64,000 nucleotides of DNA from an uncultured delta proteobacterium (GCA_963772225.1 CAVYWD010000010.1:41724-105723), one strand, 5' to 3'. Numbered from the stretch's first letter, positions 10,097 through 24,826 are shown. Numbers and translations: made by a program. The notes: generated by a model from the sequence alone, not told the origin.

Positions 10097-11812
10097 TCAG
10101 CTGTCCGGATCCGCCTGCGGCCCCGCCGCGGCTCCGACGCTCGCCGGGACCTGCGCGGAGCTCAGCGGCGTCACCGCGCCCATGCCCGTGACGTAGGCCG
10201 GCGTCGCCTGGATCGCGGGCATGACCGTCGCGTCCATGATGAAGTCGGCGCTGCCGCTGCTGGCGCGGTTCCCCGAGCAATTGCGCCCCAGCGCGGCCTG
10301 GCAGTCGACGTTTGCAGTTGCGATCGCCGCGTCGAGGGGCGCGAAGACGGGAAGGCCGCTCGGCTGCCAGATCGGCTCGAGGCCCGAGGCGTCGGAGAAG
10401 TAATTCCCCTCGACGAGCGACAGGATGCCGCTGGCGGGGATGATCGCCTTCTGGGAGAGGGCGTCGTAGTAGTTGTTCACGAGGTGCACCGCCCCACCGC
10501 TCGCGCCGGACGGCGGCGTCCCGAGCTGGGGCGCGTCCCCAGACATGCTGTAGATGCGGTTCCCGATGAACGTGATGCTCTGGTCCGCGCCCGTGAACAG
10601 CGCGTTCCAGTAGTGCCGCCCGTCGCAATAGTGGCCGCACAACGTCGTGCCGTCGAAGGTGTTGTTGGAGAGGGTGACGCCGGCGGCGGTGCCAAAGCCG
10701 CTCACGATCATCATGCGGCCGATCCTCGCCAGGTAGTCGTGGTCGATCCAGACGCCGCTCACGCCGTCCATGGCGATGCCGTCGCCCGCCCAGATGATCC
10801 CCTCGTTGATGTCGGTGATGGACAGGTTGCGGATGATGACGTTGGAGACGCCGCCCTTCAGGAGCAGCCCCTTGCCCTTCCAGCCGGCGCTCGCGCCGAT
10901 GCCGATGACCGTCTTGTTGGACCCCACGAGCATTGGGTTCGTCCCCGCGGCGTCGTAGGTGATGGAGGAGAGTGTCTTGCCGGAGCAGAACGTCTCTTGG
11001 TTCAGGACCAGCTCGGTGTGCCCGTTCAAGGTGCAGCCGTTGTCCGCGTACACGCACCCCTGGCTCGTCGCCGTCCCCTCGGTGCTTCTGAAGTCGATGA
11101 CGGACTCGAGGCGGATGGTGCGCGGCGTGGCGTCCGCGCAGGCGCCGCTCACGACCGAGTCGCACAGCGCCGCCGCCAGCTCCGCCGCGGTGGTCGCCGT
11201 GACGACGGCGCCCCCGTGCCCGCCGGTGACGCCCCGCCCGAAGCCGATGGGCACCTTCCCAATCTCGACGCCGACGGCGTTGTCCTCGCCGATGGTGACA
11301 GAGCAGAGCGCGGCGGTGCCGCACGATGCGGCGTCGCCCGTCCAACCCCAAACACCGTAGGTCGGGTCGGGGAGGATCGCGGTGAGGTTCACGGTGGACC
11401 CGTACGGATAGGACACTCCCGACGCGGCGCCCGAGATCGTCCCGTGGGCTGGCGCGGAGATCATGAGCGTGTACGACTGAGGAGAGCAGGCGCCGCCCGT
11501 CAGCTGGTAGTGGTCGAGGCAGGTGAAGCCCTGGCAGGCGCCCCAGGTCTCGCCGCCGTCGGAGCTGATCTCCGTTCCGCCCTCGCTGTTGAGCGGCTGC
11601 AGCGCGCAGGCGCGCGTCAGCAGGGCTCGGGCCACCATGTCCTCGTAGCGGCAGGCGGTCGCTCCCATGAGCGCGAGCGCCAGCGCGTGCCACCGCGCGA
11701 ACACGCCCAGCGAGTGCCGCGCGCGCGCGCCGCGCGCGTTCCGCCGAGGGCTATTGGGTGAGCACGGGTTCACTTGCGAGGGATGCTTTCGCTCAGGTTG
11801 CCGATCCGACAA
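10097..11812 (-). CDS. Secreted pectate/pectin-lyase-fold protein (PL1-like) with an N-terminal InlB-B-repeat-like domain
   Basis: Parallel beta-helix motifs are present (VIIRNLSITD, GDGIAMDG, GVWIDHDY, AVHLVNNYYD). The signal/lipobox is ALALMGATAC. The start is uncertain: ATG at 11812 or in-frame GTG at 11704. Confidence 0.75.
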   Translation of the reverse strand: MSDRQPERKHPSQVNPCSPNSPRRNARGARARHSLGVFARWHALALALMGATACRYEDMVARALLTRACALQPLNSEGGTEISSDGGETWGACQGFTCLDHYQLTGGACSPQSYTLMISAPAHGTISGAASGVSYPYGSTVNLTAILPDPTYGVWGWTGDAASCGTAALCSVTIGEDNAVGVEIGKVPIGFGRGVTGGHGGAVVTATTAAELAAALCDSVVSGACADATPRTIRLESVIDFRSTEGTATSQGCVYADNGCTLNGHTELVLNQETFCSGKTLSSITYDAAGTNPMLVGSNKTVIGIGASAGWKGKGLLLKGGVSNVIIRNLSITDINEGIIWAGDGIAMDGVSGVWIDHDYLARIGRMMIVSGFGTAAGVTLSNNTFDGTTLCGHYCDGRHYWNALFTGADQSITFIGNRIYSMSGDAPQLGTPPSGASGGAVHLVNNYYDALSQKAIIPASGILSLVEGNYFSDASGLEPIWQPSGLPVFAPLDAAIATANVDCQAALGRNCSGNRASSGSADFIMDATVMPAIQATPAYVTGMGAVTPLSSAQVPASVGAAAGPQADPDS

Positions 11813-11962
11813 GACGGGACTTTAGTATAGCGGCATCCTCTGCCGGTCCAATCGCCTCATACACCGAGAGGGCAAGCCAGGGGCGGCGCGCTCGGCGGAC
11901 GGTCGCGAGGCACCCACCCTGCGGACTTAAGCCCGCCGGCGCCGCCTCGTGCGCGAAGCGTG

Positions 11963-13399
<1,437 letters not shown>

Positions 13400-13444
13400 G
13401 GAGAGGCAGCTCCTTGCAGTTTCCTCTCCCCCTCCCCCTCCCCG

Positions 13445-14923
<1,479 letters not shown>

Positions 14924-14946
14924 GGCGGCCTTGGCTGACTCGATGG

Positions 14947-15237
14947 CTATTCGATGATTTTGGGCACGGCGATGCTCGAACCCGCTCGGTGGGGCGCATT
15001 CTGCACCGCCGCCTCGGGCGGGAGCGAGGGCTCGACGGCGTCGTCGCGCAGGAACGTCTTCAAGTCCGCGGCGTGCGCGGTGGGCGCGATGCGGGAGGTG
15101 TCCACCTCCTTGAGCTCCTCGGCGTAGGCGAGGATGGCGGAGAGCTGCGCCGCGTAGCGCTTCTCTTCCTCGGGGCTCAACGAGAGCCGGGCGAGCTTCG
15201 CCACGTGCCGAACCTGGTCGATGGACAGCGTCGTCAT
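14947..15237 (-). CDS. gatC: Glutamyl-tRNA(Gln) amidotransferase subunit C
   Basis: 96 aa starting at [20 protein letters not shown], which is a typical GatC N-terminus. It lies 23 bp upstream of gatA. Confidence 0.9.
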   Translation of the reverse strand: MTTLSIDQVRHVAKLARLSLSPEEEKRYAAQLSAILAYAEELKEVDTSRIAPTAHAADLKTFLRDDAVEPSLPPEAAVQNAPHRAGSSIAVPKIIE

Positions 15238-15263
15238 CGGTGCACCTCGTCTTTGTGAGGCGG

Positions 15264-15596
15264 CTACTTCGCCTTCTTGGGGTCCCCGAAGATCTGGAGA
15301 ATGGAGCTCACCACCGCGCCCTTCTGCTCGCTCTCGCGGACGGCGAGCTTCTCGAGCGCCCCGGCATCCAGCCAGGTGCCATGGCAGTGGAAGCAGCGGT
15401 CGATCTCCACGCCGTGGAACGTGATGGTGTGCAGCTCGAGGCCGCATTTCGGGCAGTGCATCCAGTGGAGCTCTTTGAGCTGCTCGCGCTCCTTCTCGCG
15501 CAGGGCCTGGGCCTGCTCGAGCGCCAGCTTCTGCTTCTTGAGCGCCTCTTCCCGGGCGAAGAATTCCCCTTCGTTGGATGGCGACTTCGTGCTCAT
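15264..15596 (-). CDS. zf-TFIIB-type zinc-ribbon protein with an N-terminal coiled coil
   Basis: 110 aa from [10 protein letters not shown]. The ribbon is HCPKCGLEL...[19 protein letters not shown]. It lies 26 bp upstream of gatC. Confidence 0.75.
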   Translation of the reverse strand: MSTKSPSNEGEFFAREEALKKQKLALEQAQALREKEREQLKELHWMHCPKCGLELHTITFHGVEIDRCFHCHGTWLDAGALEKLAVRESEQKGAVVSSILQIFGDPKKAK

Positions 15597-15703
15597 GCGC
15601 TCTCCTGTCGAGCGGCCTGATGGACCCAGGCCGCGGCCGCGGTGGTGCGAGCGCCTCGTCATAGCCCAGGTCCGCGCTTCTTTCACCGGCGAAATGCGAA
15701 ATG

Positions 15704-15755
15704 CCTCACCCCCCGGCCCCCTCCCCGCATTGCGGGGAGGGGGTGAAGGGGGAGG
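15704..15755. repeat. GC-rich palindromic REP-like element (full-length copy)
   Basis: The sequence is cctcaccccccggccccctccccgc att gcggggagggggtgaagggggagg, and it is intergenic. Confidence 0.85.
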
Positions 15756-15869
15756 TCTTTTCCGCCAAAGCGGGGTCCCTGCTGAACTATCAGGTATCGA
15801 CGCGAGGCTGCGCCGTATACTGCGCCGTACCCTCTCCAACATGTTTCGTCGGTCTGGGGCGCAGCTTCG

Positions 15870-17297
15870 CTACTCCTTGCTCAGGCGCTCGATGTTGTTG
15901 CGCGCCAGGTTCGCGTCGGGCCCGTTGGGGGCGGCGTCCAGGTAGCGCTGGTAGTTCTCGATGGCCCTCGCCTTGTCGCCCTTCTCGCGATAGGCCTCCG
16001 CCAGGCCCAGGATGGCGTCGTGAAAGCGGGCGTTGCGGCGCAGCGCTTCCTTGAATTGGTCGACCGCAGCGTCGAACTGCCCGAGGTCGATGAAGCAAAA
16101 GCCCTTGCCGTTGGGCGTCTCGGCGCTCCGGGAGTCGAGCGCTTCCGCGCTCTCGTACATCTGGAGGGCGGCCTTGGACTGGCCGCGCTCGCGGAGCGAC
16201 AGCCCTTGCTGGACGTACCAGTCGAAGGGCTCGGCCCCCGGCGGCGGAGAGGCGACCGCCGCGGCCGGTTTGGGCGCAGGCACAGCCGCGTCGGCAGAGG
16301 CGGCTGCGGCGGTTGTCGCAGGCGCCGGTTTCGGGAGCGCGGACCCTGAGTCCGGCGAGGAGCCGCCGCTGAGCGCCGCCGACGGGCCCGCGTCGGTCGC
16401 CGCGGGAAGGGCCGAGGCTGGCTCGGGCGACGCGCTCGCCGAGGCCGGAGAAGGCGCGGGCGCGGGCGCGGTTGCCGCGGGGGTTGGTGCCGGCGTCGGA
16501 GGGGTTGCGGTGGCTTCGGGCTCCGGCAAAGGCGCGCGCCCTGGGCGCGCCCGGCCGAAATGGAGGCCGATGGCGCCAAGGCTTAGGGCCGCCACGGCGA
16601 GCGAGACGTAAAGAGGCCAGCGCGAGCTGCGAATGGCCGCGACCTCGGCCGCCTCGAGCTCGCTGGAGGCGTGCGAGGGGCTGGTGCTCCAGGCCGGCTC
16701 GCGGCTGTCGGTCGCCGGAGCGCTCGCGCCCGCTCCCTCCCAAGCGGCTCGCCGGATCGCCTCGTCCGAAGGCGCTGCGCCGGCCGAAGGCTCGAGCGAT
16801 GAGGGCTCCAAGCTCACGGCTGCCGGCTGCCTAGAGGTGGGGAAGGCGGGAGGAGCGGCCCGCGCGGGCGGAGCGCTGAACGGCGCAGAGAGGGGAATGG
16901 CCCCCTCGATGGCGGTGGCGCGCTCGGCCGCCTCGACTACCCGGAAGAAGCTCGCCAGCTCCGCCACGTCGCCCAGGCGCTTCCACGACTCGCCGGTCAG
17001 CGAGATCTCGTCGTCGCGCGCGACCTTCCGCTCGACAATCCACCGCTGGAGCAGCGTCAGCTCCCGGAAGGCGACGAGCTTGCCCCCGGCCTGGCGCAGC
17101 TTCCACTCGCGCGCCGGCGCTGCAGCAGCGCGCGGCGTGGAGGCGGGCAGAGCCGGGGCCTGGCTCGGGGCGGGCGGCCGCCGCTTCACGAGGAAGACGT
17201 GCGAGCAGACGGTGCAGCGCACGGTGATGCCGGCGTCGGTGATCTTGGCGTCGTCGAACTCGTACTCTGTCCGGCAGCGCTCGCAGCGTACGTCCAT
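15870..17297 (-). CDS. MJ0042-type zinc-ribbon / GYF_2-like / TM / TPR protein
   Basis: 475 aa. The N-terminus is MDVRCERCRTEYEFDD...VRCTVCSHVF. A GYF-like segment (WKLRQAGGKLVAFRELTLLQRWI) and one TM follow. The protein continues with an Ala/Pro-rich linker and C-terminal TPRs. Confidence 0.8.
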   Translation of the reverse strand: MDVRCERCRTEYEFDDAKITDAGITVRCTVCSHVFLVKRRPPAPSQAPALPASTPRAAAAPAREWKLRQAGGKLVAFRELTLLQRWIVERKVARDDEISLTGESWKRLGDVAELASFFRVVEAAERATAIEGAIPLSAPFSAPPARAAPPAFPTSRQPAAVSLEPSSLEPSAGAAPSDEAIRRAAWEGAGASAPATDSREPAWSTSPSHASSELEAAEVAAIRSSRWPLYVSLAVAALSLGAIGLHFGRARPGRAPLPEPEATATPPTPAPTPAATAPAPAPSPASASASPEPASALPAATDAGPSAALSGGSSPDSGSALPKPAPATTAAAASADAAVPAPKPAAAVASPPPGAEPFDWYVQQGLSLRERGQSKAALQMYESAEALDSRSAETPNGKGFCFIDLGQFDAAVDQFKEALRRNARFHDAILGLAEAYREKGDKARAIENYQRYLDAAPNGPDANLARNNIERLSKE

Positions 17298-17523
17298 GAC
17301 GTTCCAGTCCCCTCGAGGACGGCGGCCGCGAGGCGCGGCGACCCGATCATCGATGTCAGGGGTGAAAAACCATACTTTGGACCAAAGAAGCCCCGCAAGG
17401 GTTCCCGCGCCGCCGGGCGCGGGCCTCCATCGACAATCCGATTGCGCGTGGGCGCCCTGCTCTGAGAGAAGAGGAGAACGACTTCTGAGGGGGAAATTTT
17501 CGACGATTCTCTAAGGAGCCGCG

Positions 17524-19212
<1,689 letters not shown>

Positions 19213-19236
19213 CCAGAGCTTCTGACGAAAGTCGCG

Positions 19237-19280
19237 CCTCACCCCCCAACCCCCTCCCCGCTCGCGGGGAGGGGGTGAAG
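19237..19280. repeat. GC-rich palindromic REP-like element
   Basis: The sequence is cctcaccccccaaccccctccccgc tc gcggggagggggtgaag. It starts 25 bp downstream of the mutase stop. Confidence 0.85.
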
Positions 19281-19491
19281 CTTTCGGGCCTAAGTGTCTT
19301 CGGGAAATCCGCGGCGCGGCCGCGCCCTCGCCGACGCGTCGATTTTGCATCTCGCGTTTGATTCGGGCTCGAGCGCCGAATGAATGCCGCAAGTGTCGAC
19401 TGGGCCTCACGCGCGGCGTTGGGCGATGGAGATCGCTTCTCTCATCCCCTTCGGCGCGCGCTATGAAGGTTGCGCTGCTCGGCGCTCTCCC

Positions 19492-22431
19492 ATGTCCTGT
19501 CTCGACGAAAATGCGCTCCAGGCACTCGCCGGAGGAACGCTCGGCGCGAGAGAGCTGGCGAGCGCTCACCAGCACCTCGACGTCTGCCCGTTGTGCCGCC
19601 GCCTGGCGGCAGCAGTGGCCGCGGGCGGGTCCACGGGTTCGCAGGCCGTCTCGACCGAGCCGCAAGCGCTCCCGGGGGCGTCCGAGGCCTGGGGCCGGGC
19701 CGCCTATTCCCTGCGGCGCTACTTCATCATCGAGTCGTTGGGCCAGGGCGGGATGGGCCAGGTGCTCCTCGCTTACGACGCCAAGCTCGATCGCAAGGTC
19801 GCGCTCAAGCGGGTCCGGACGCGCGAGGCTCGGCTCCCCCTGGACGCCCAGGCGCTCCTGCTTCGCGAGGCGCAGGCGATGGCGCGCCTGTCCCATCCCA
19901 ACGTCCTCACGGTCCACGACGCCGCCGAGATCGACGGCGAAGTGATCATCGCCATGGAGTACGTGAAAGGGCGCACCTTGCGCCACTGGCTCCAGGAACC
20001 CAGGAGCTGGCGCGAAGTCCTGGCGATGTTTCGCGCGGCAGGAAAAGGGTTGGCGGCGGCTCACCGCGCCGGGCTGATTCACCGCGACTTCAAGCCCGAC
20101 AACGTCCTCGTCGGCGAGGACGGCCGCGTTCGCGTGACCGACTTCGGGCTCGCGCGCCCTGACGAGGCGCCCGAGCTTGCCAAGGACCTGGCGCCCGAAG
20201 GCGCCCCCAACTCCGCGACCGTGCGGACCGACGCCGGCGCGCTGTCGGGGACGCCGGGCTACATCGCGCCCGAGGCGCTCCAGAGGCAGCGAGGGCCGCT
20301 CTCGGACCAGTTCAGCTTCTTCGTCTCGCTCTATGAGGCGCTCTACGGCGAGCGGCCCTTCGAGGGCTCGTCCGCCGGCGCTCAGCTCAAGGCCGCGTCG
20401 CAGGGCCAGGTGCGCGCTGCGCCGCCAGGGCGAGGCGTCCCCAAGTGGCTGCGGCGCCTGGTGCTCATCGGCCTCTCGAAGGACCCCGGCCAGCGGTTTC
20501 CTTCCATGGCGGTTGCCCTCGACGCGCTGACCCGCGCGTCGCAGCGCTCGCGGCGCCGCTCGCGGAGGGTCGCGGCGGTGGCGGGGTTCGCCGCGCTCGG
20601 GGCGGCGATGGCCTGGGCCGTCGGGAGGCCGGCGCGCCTCTGCGCCGGCGAGGAGCGGCAGCTGGCTGGGATTTGGGACGAGGCGGCCAAGCAGAGGCTG
20701 CGCGCCGCCTTCCTCTCGACCGCTCTTCCGGAGGCCGAGGCGGCGCTCCAGGAGACGTCGCGGGCGCTGGACGCGTGGGCCGGCGCCTGGGTGAGCATGC
20801 GCACCAAGGCCTGCGTCGCAACCCGGGTCGCCGGCGAGCAGTCGGTCGAGGTTCTGAACCAGAGAATGGCCTGTCTCGACCGCCGCTCGATGGACTTCGA
20901 GTCGCTGGTGCGGCGGCTTTCGACCGCGGGCGAGGTGCCCGTTGGCGAGGCGGTGAAGGGCGCCGCGGGTCTCCCCGGCCTGTTCGAATGCGTGAACCCG
21001 TCTTCGCTCGCGGCCCAGGCCGTCCCCGAGCGCGGCGCCGCGAGGGAGCGCTTCGACGAGCTCCGCCGGGACCTGGCCCGGGCGCGCTCTCTCCAGCTCG
21101 TGCGCGCCGTCGAGCCCGGCCTAAGGCTCGCGCAGGAGGTGGAGCAAAAGGCCAAGGTCCTGCAGCTCGACGGCCTGCGCGCGGAGGCGCTGCTCGTCGT
21201 CGCGCGGCTCGACGACGCCGCCGGCGACTACCTCAAGGCCCAGGAGAGCCAGCTTGAGGCGCTGCACCTCGCCCAGGCGCAGGGCCAAGACGTGCTCGTC
21301 GCCGAGGCCTGCATCGGGCTGGTGGAGAGCGTCGGGGCGCGCCAATACCGCTTCGACGAGGCGCATCGCTGGGAGAAGCTGGCCCAGGCCTCCATCGCGC
21401 GGGCCGGGCTCGCCGGGCAGGAGCAGGAGGCCACGTTCTTCAACAGCGCCGGGAGCGTCGCGCTGCACGAGCGCGAGTACGAGCGGTCGTACGACCTCTA
21501 CAAGAAAGCCCTCGCCCTTCGCGAGCGACTCCACGGCAAGGAGCACGTCTGGGTCGCAGACACGCTGAGCAACCTCGCCTGGACGTGCAACGGACTCGCG
21601 CGCCGCGAGGAAGCGCTGGAGCACGCGCGGCGCGCCCTCGCCATCCGCGAGAAGCTCCTCGGCCCCTCGCACCGGGACGTCGCCGTTTCGCTGCATGGCC
21701 TGGCGACCATTCTCAGAGAGACGGGCCAGGTGAAGGAGGGCTTGGCGCTGAGCGAGCGCGCCGTCGCCCTGGACGAGCGCACCCTCCCGTCCGCACACCC
21801 ATTTCTGGCTGCGTCCTTGAACGACCTGGCTGTCGCTCGAATCTCCGCGGGCGATGTGCACGGCGCTCGGAAGGCCGTGGAGGACGCCCTGGCCATCAAG
21901 CGCAAGCGCCTGGGGGAGGACCACCCCGATATCGGATCCTCGCTCCTCAACCTCGCGGGGATCGAGGTTCTCGGCGGCGACTACCGAAGGGCCATCGAGC
22001 TGGGCGAGGAGATCGTCCGCCGGTTCCCCGCCGAGAAGGCGGGCGCCCTCCGGTACCAGGGCGAGGCCCATCGGAGGGCGGGCGATCTCGGGGAGGCCCA
22101 GCGGAGCTTCAAGCTCGCGCTGGAGACCCTCTCCGCCAAACCGGACGAGGACGTGGAGGCGATGGTCCTGACCGGTTTGGCGGAGTGCGAGCTCTCCCGC
22201 GGCCTTCGGGCCGAAGCCCGCGGCCGTCTCGAGCGCGCTCTGGAAATCGGAGAGAAGTCCCGCTTCCCCCCGCAAGACCTGGCGCAGACGCGGTTTGCCC
22301 TCGCGCGCGCTCTGCCGGCGGCCCAAACCGACCGAGCTCGCGCCTTGGCGCGCGAGGCCAGGGCCTGGTTCGAGACGACCGGGCGGCAGGCCGAGCGCGC
22401 CCAAGCCGATCGCTTCCTCGCAGGCTTGTAG
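19492..22431 (+). CDS. Ser/Thr protein kinase with a C-terminal TPR array
   Basis: Kinase motifs are present (GQGGMGQV, VALKRV, HRDFKPDNVLV, DFGLAR, GTPGYIAPE). One TM follows, then ~500 aa of TPR-like repeats. I chose the start at MSCLDENALQ (ATG at 19492); the ORF is open from 19384. Confidence 0.9.
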   Translation: MSCLDENALQALAGGTLGARELASAHQHLDVCPLCRRLAAAVAAGGSTGSQAVSTEPQALPGASEAWGRAAYSLRRYFIIESLGQGGMGQVLLAYDAKLDRKVALKRVRTREARLPLDAQALLLREAQAMARLSHPNVLTVHDAAEIDGEVIIAMEYVKGRTLRHWLQEPRSWREVLAMFRAAGKGLAAAHRAGLIHRDFKPDNVLVGEDGRVRVTDFGLARPDEAPELAKDLAPEGAPNSATVRTDAGALSGTPGYIAPEALQRQRGPLSDQFSFFVSLYEALYGERPFEGSSAGAQLKAASQGQVRAAPPGRGVPKWLRRLVLIGLSKDPGQRFPSMAVALDALTRASQRSRRRSRRVAAVAGFAALGAAMAWAVGRPARLCAGEERQLAGIWDEAAKQRLRAAFLSTALPEAEAALQETSRALDAWAGAWVSMRTKACVATRVAGEQSVEVLNQRMACLDRRSMDFESLVRRLSTAGEVPVGEAVKGAAGLPGLFECVNPSSLAAQAVPERGAARERFDELRRDLARARSLQLVRAVEPGLRLAQEVEQKAKVLQLDGLRAEALLVVARLDDAAGDYLKAQESQLEALHLAQAQGQDVLVAEACIGLVESVGARQYRFDEAHRWEKLAQASIARAGLAGQEQEATFFNSAGSVALHEREYERSYDLYKKALALRERLHGKEHVWVADTLSNLAWTCNGLARREEALEHARRALAIREKLLGPSHRDVAVSLHGLATILRETGQVKEGLALSERAVALDERTLPSAHPFLAASLNDLAVARISAGDVHGARKAVEDALAIKRKRLGEDHPDIGSSLLNLAGIEVLGGDYRRAIELGEEIVRRFPAEKAGALRYQGEAHRRAGDLGEAQRSFKLALETLSAKPDEDVEAMVLTGLAECELSRGLRAEARGRLERALEIGEKSRFPPQDLAQTRFALARALPAAQTDRARALAREARAWFETTGRQAERAQADRFLAGL

Positions 22432-22538
22432 CGCGCGCCCAGTCCCATTCGCTCGATCGGGCCGGGGACGATGAGGTCCGCCGGCACGTTCTCCGGCCGA
22501 AGGCAGAACGGTCGCAAATGGCGCACAGCTTGTCCGTG

Positions 22539-24470
22539 CTACGGCACCGTCGCCAGGAATCCATTCGATCCGACTACCGTCAAGAGGCGCTCCGCCGGCG
22601 ACCAAGCGACGTCTTCAAAATGGAGCGTGTAGGAAAAGCTGCCGGGGGCATAGGGCGTCGCCTGACGGCGCCACGCCGCGCCGTCGGCGGAGCGGAGCAG
22701 CGTCGCGTTCGTCCCCACAGCGGCAAACTCGGCCCCGGTCCAGAGGACCCCGTGGAGGGACTCGGACGTGCCGGAAGCCCGCGGGCTCCAGGTCTCGCCG
22801 CCGTTGTCGCTCGACAGGATAGTGCCGCCGTCGCCCACGACGACGAGGCAAGCGCCCGACCCCGCGGCGCCGTTGAGCGCCGCGGCGACCCCGCTCGCGC
22901 GAGCTGTCCAGACCGAGCCGTCGGCGGGCGCGGTGGCGAGCGCGCCGGCCGGCCCCACCGCGACGAAGGCGCTGCCTGTCCAAAAAGCGCGGGTCAGTTG
23001 CTTGTCGCCCGGGACCGCGCGCGGCGTCCACGTGGTCCCGTCGGTCGAGGTCGCCAGGCATGGCCCGGTCAGCGATCCCCCGACGTTCACCAGCGTCGTG
23101 CCCGAGGATGCGAGGCCGATGTAGCACGGTGCATTGCCGATTCGAGTCCAGCTCTCTCCGTCGGCTGACCGAAACAACGCCTGGTTGGCGGCCTCGACCG
23201 ACATCGCGCCGAAGGCGTTCAGCGCCGGCGCCCAGATCACGTTGTCGAAGGCGTCCCCCGCACCTATCCCGGAATCCCGAAGGTAGCGATAGGCCCACGC
23301 GCCGCCGTCGGGCGCCACCTGGAGCACGTCCCCGCCGGTGGCGACCATTCGCCCCGAGGCGGGATCCCTCGCGATGGACCTGGTGTCGCCCGCCACGGCC
23401 AGCGGCTCCCAGACAAGACCGTCGGTCGAGGTGAACACCGCTCCGCTGCTGGTGGCGAGGTAGCGCTGGCCGTCGAAGATGGCCGCGCCGAGGATGGCGG
23501 GAGCGGTGCCGGTCTTCCAGGTGACCCCGTCGGCCGACGTGGCCGAAGCGTATTCGCCCAACGCGAGGTATTGGCCGTCGAGAAAGGCGACGCGGCCGAC
23601 GTAGCCCGCCGCCGAGTTGGCCGTCCACGACTTCAGGTCCGCGGACGAAAGGAGCTGGGACGGGATCGCGTTGGTCGAAGCCACCATCGATGTCGCCGAG
23701 GCAGCCGCGATCGACACGAGGTCGGAGGTCGTGGCCGCGGGCTGCAGCGTCCAGCTCAGGCCGTCGGGCGAGGAGACCACCGCGCCCTCCCTCCCGACGG
23801 CGACGAACTGGCCGCCCGCCCAAGTGACCGCCATGAGATCTTTCGAGGTCGGCGGAGGCGCGACCAGGGTCCAGGTGCTCCAGTCGCCGGGCTCGGAGGC
23901 TGCGGCGTGCAGGATGGCCCCACCGCTCCCCACGGCGACCCAAAGGCTGCCGGAAGAGGCAATGCCGTAGAGGCCTGGCCCGTTCAACGAGGGCATGGCG
24001 CTCTTCCAAATCAAGCCGTCGCTGGAGACGGACACGGACGCGCTTTCTCCGACCGCAGCAAAGTTGTGCCCGTCCCAGGCGACGTCGCGGAAGGAGGCGA
24101 AGGCTTCGCCGTCCAGCCACACCTTGGCATCGACGGACGACCACCGGCCGGGGCCCCCACCCACGGTGACGAAGCGCTTCCCGCTCCAAGCGAGCGCTCC
24201 GACGGGCGCGACAAACACTTGCGTGGTCCACCCGAGGGAGTCCGCGGCGCCGGCGCCGCTCGCCGCGCCAGCCGCGGAGTCGCGGCGGCACCCGGCCGCG
24301 AGCAGGGCTGCCGCGGCGAGGGCCGCCCGCGCGGCAGCATGGCGGCGCCGGCCGACGGCCGGTCCTCGGCCCGGGAGCGATGGGCCGAGCGAGAAATCGG
24401 CCTGGACCCGGTCGTCAGCCCTTCGACGAAGCGGCAGAAGGGCCCTCTCGGTCCGTTCCAAGTCGCACAT
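22539..24470 (-). CDS. Beta-propeller lipoprotein with BNR/Ycf48-like repeats
   Basis: There are at least 8 SxDGxxW-type repeats (SSDGLIW, SPDGLSW, SADGVTW, STDGLVW, SADGESW, STDGTTW, SDNGGETW, SADGAAW). The lipobox is LLAAGC. The true start is uncertain. Confidence 0.75.
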   Translation of the reverse strand: MCDLERTERALLPLRRRADDRVQADFSLGPSLPGRGPAVGRRRHAAARAALAAAALLAAGCRRDSAAGAASGAGAADSLGWTTQVFVAPVGALAWSGKRFVTVGGGPGRWSSVDAKVWLDGEAFASFRDVAWDGHNFAAVGESASVSVSSDGLIWKSAMPSLNGPGLYGIASSGSLWVAVGSGGAILHAAASEPGDWSTWTLVAPPPTSKDLMAVTWAGGQFVAVGREGAVVSSPDGLSWTLQPAATTSDLVSIAAASATSMVASTNAIPSQLLSSADLKSWTANSAAGYVGRVAFLDGQYLALGEYASATSADGVTWKTGTAPAILGAAIFDGQRYLATSSGAVFTSTDGLVWEPLAVAGDTRSIARDPASGRMVATGGDVLQVAPDGGAWAYRYLRDSGIGAGDAFDNVIWAPALNAFGAMSVEAANQALFRSADGESWTRIGNAPCYIGLASSGTTLVNVGGSLTGPCLATSTDGTTWTPRAVPGDKQLTRAFWTGSAFVAVGPAGALATAPADGSVWTARASGVAAALNGAAGSGACLVVVGDGGTILSSDNGGETWSPRASGTSESLHGVLWTGAEFAAVGTNATLLRSADGAAWRRQATPYAPGSFSYTLHFEDVAWSPAERLLTVVGSNGFLATVP

Positions 24471-24826
24471 GACGTCTCCTTGAACCCCTGGGAAACCAGA
24501 AGGCGTGAATCGGTCCGCGGCGCGAGCATAGTGCAGGCTGGCAAAGACTCCAGGTTCCAGACCCCAGGCTCGCGGGAAATGCAGCTCCTGAAGCCAGGAG
24601 TCTGGAGCCTAAGGCAACCCTCATTGGTTCCGGCTCGGCCGGGCTAGGTCAACGGAGGCCGGGGGGGCGAGTCCCGCGCGCGAGCCCCCGCCGGCGAGCT
24701 GCGCAACGCCCCATCGGCATCGGCGAGCCGGCCACCCGCCTGTCGCGCCGGCGCGCGAACGCGCTGTCGAACGAAGCCGCCTGCGGCGGCAGCTGGGGAG
24801 GTGAATCGGGTCTGGGACGTCGACGC

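Noticed and set aside
17298-17523. Cobalamin riboswitch upstream of the B12-dependent mutase gene.
   Set aside because: I could not find a B12-box-like conserved core. Only a short GC hairpin is present. A covariance-model search (Rfam RF00174) would be decisive.
22439-22455. 17-nt exact match (ccagtcccattcgctcg), shared with 30171-30187. Both copies lie just downstream of gene ends.
   Set aside because: A single 17-mer coincidence in 64 kb on both strands is not clearly beyond chance. The flanks do not align, so I did not treat it as a repeat family.
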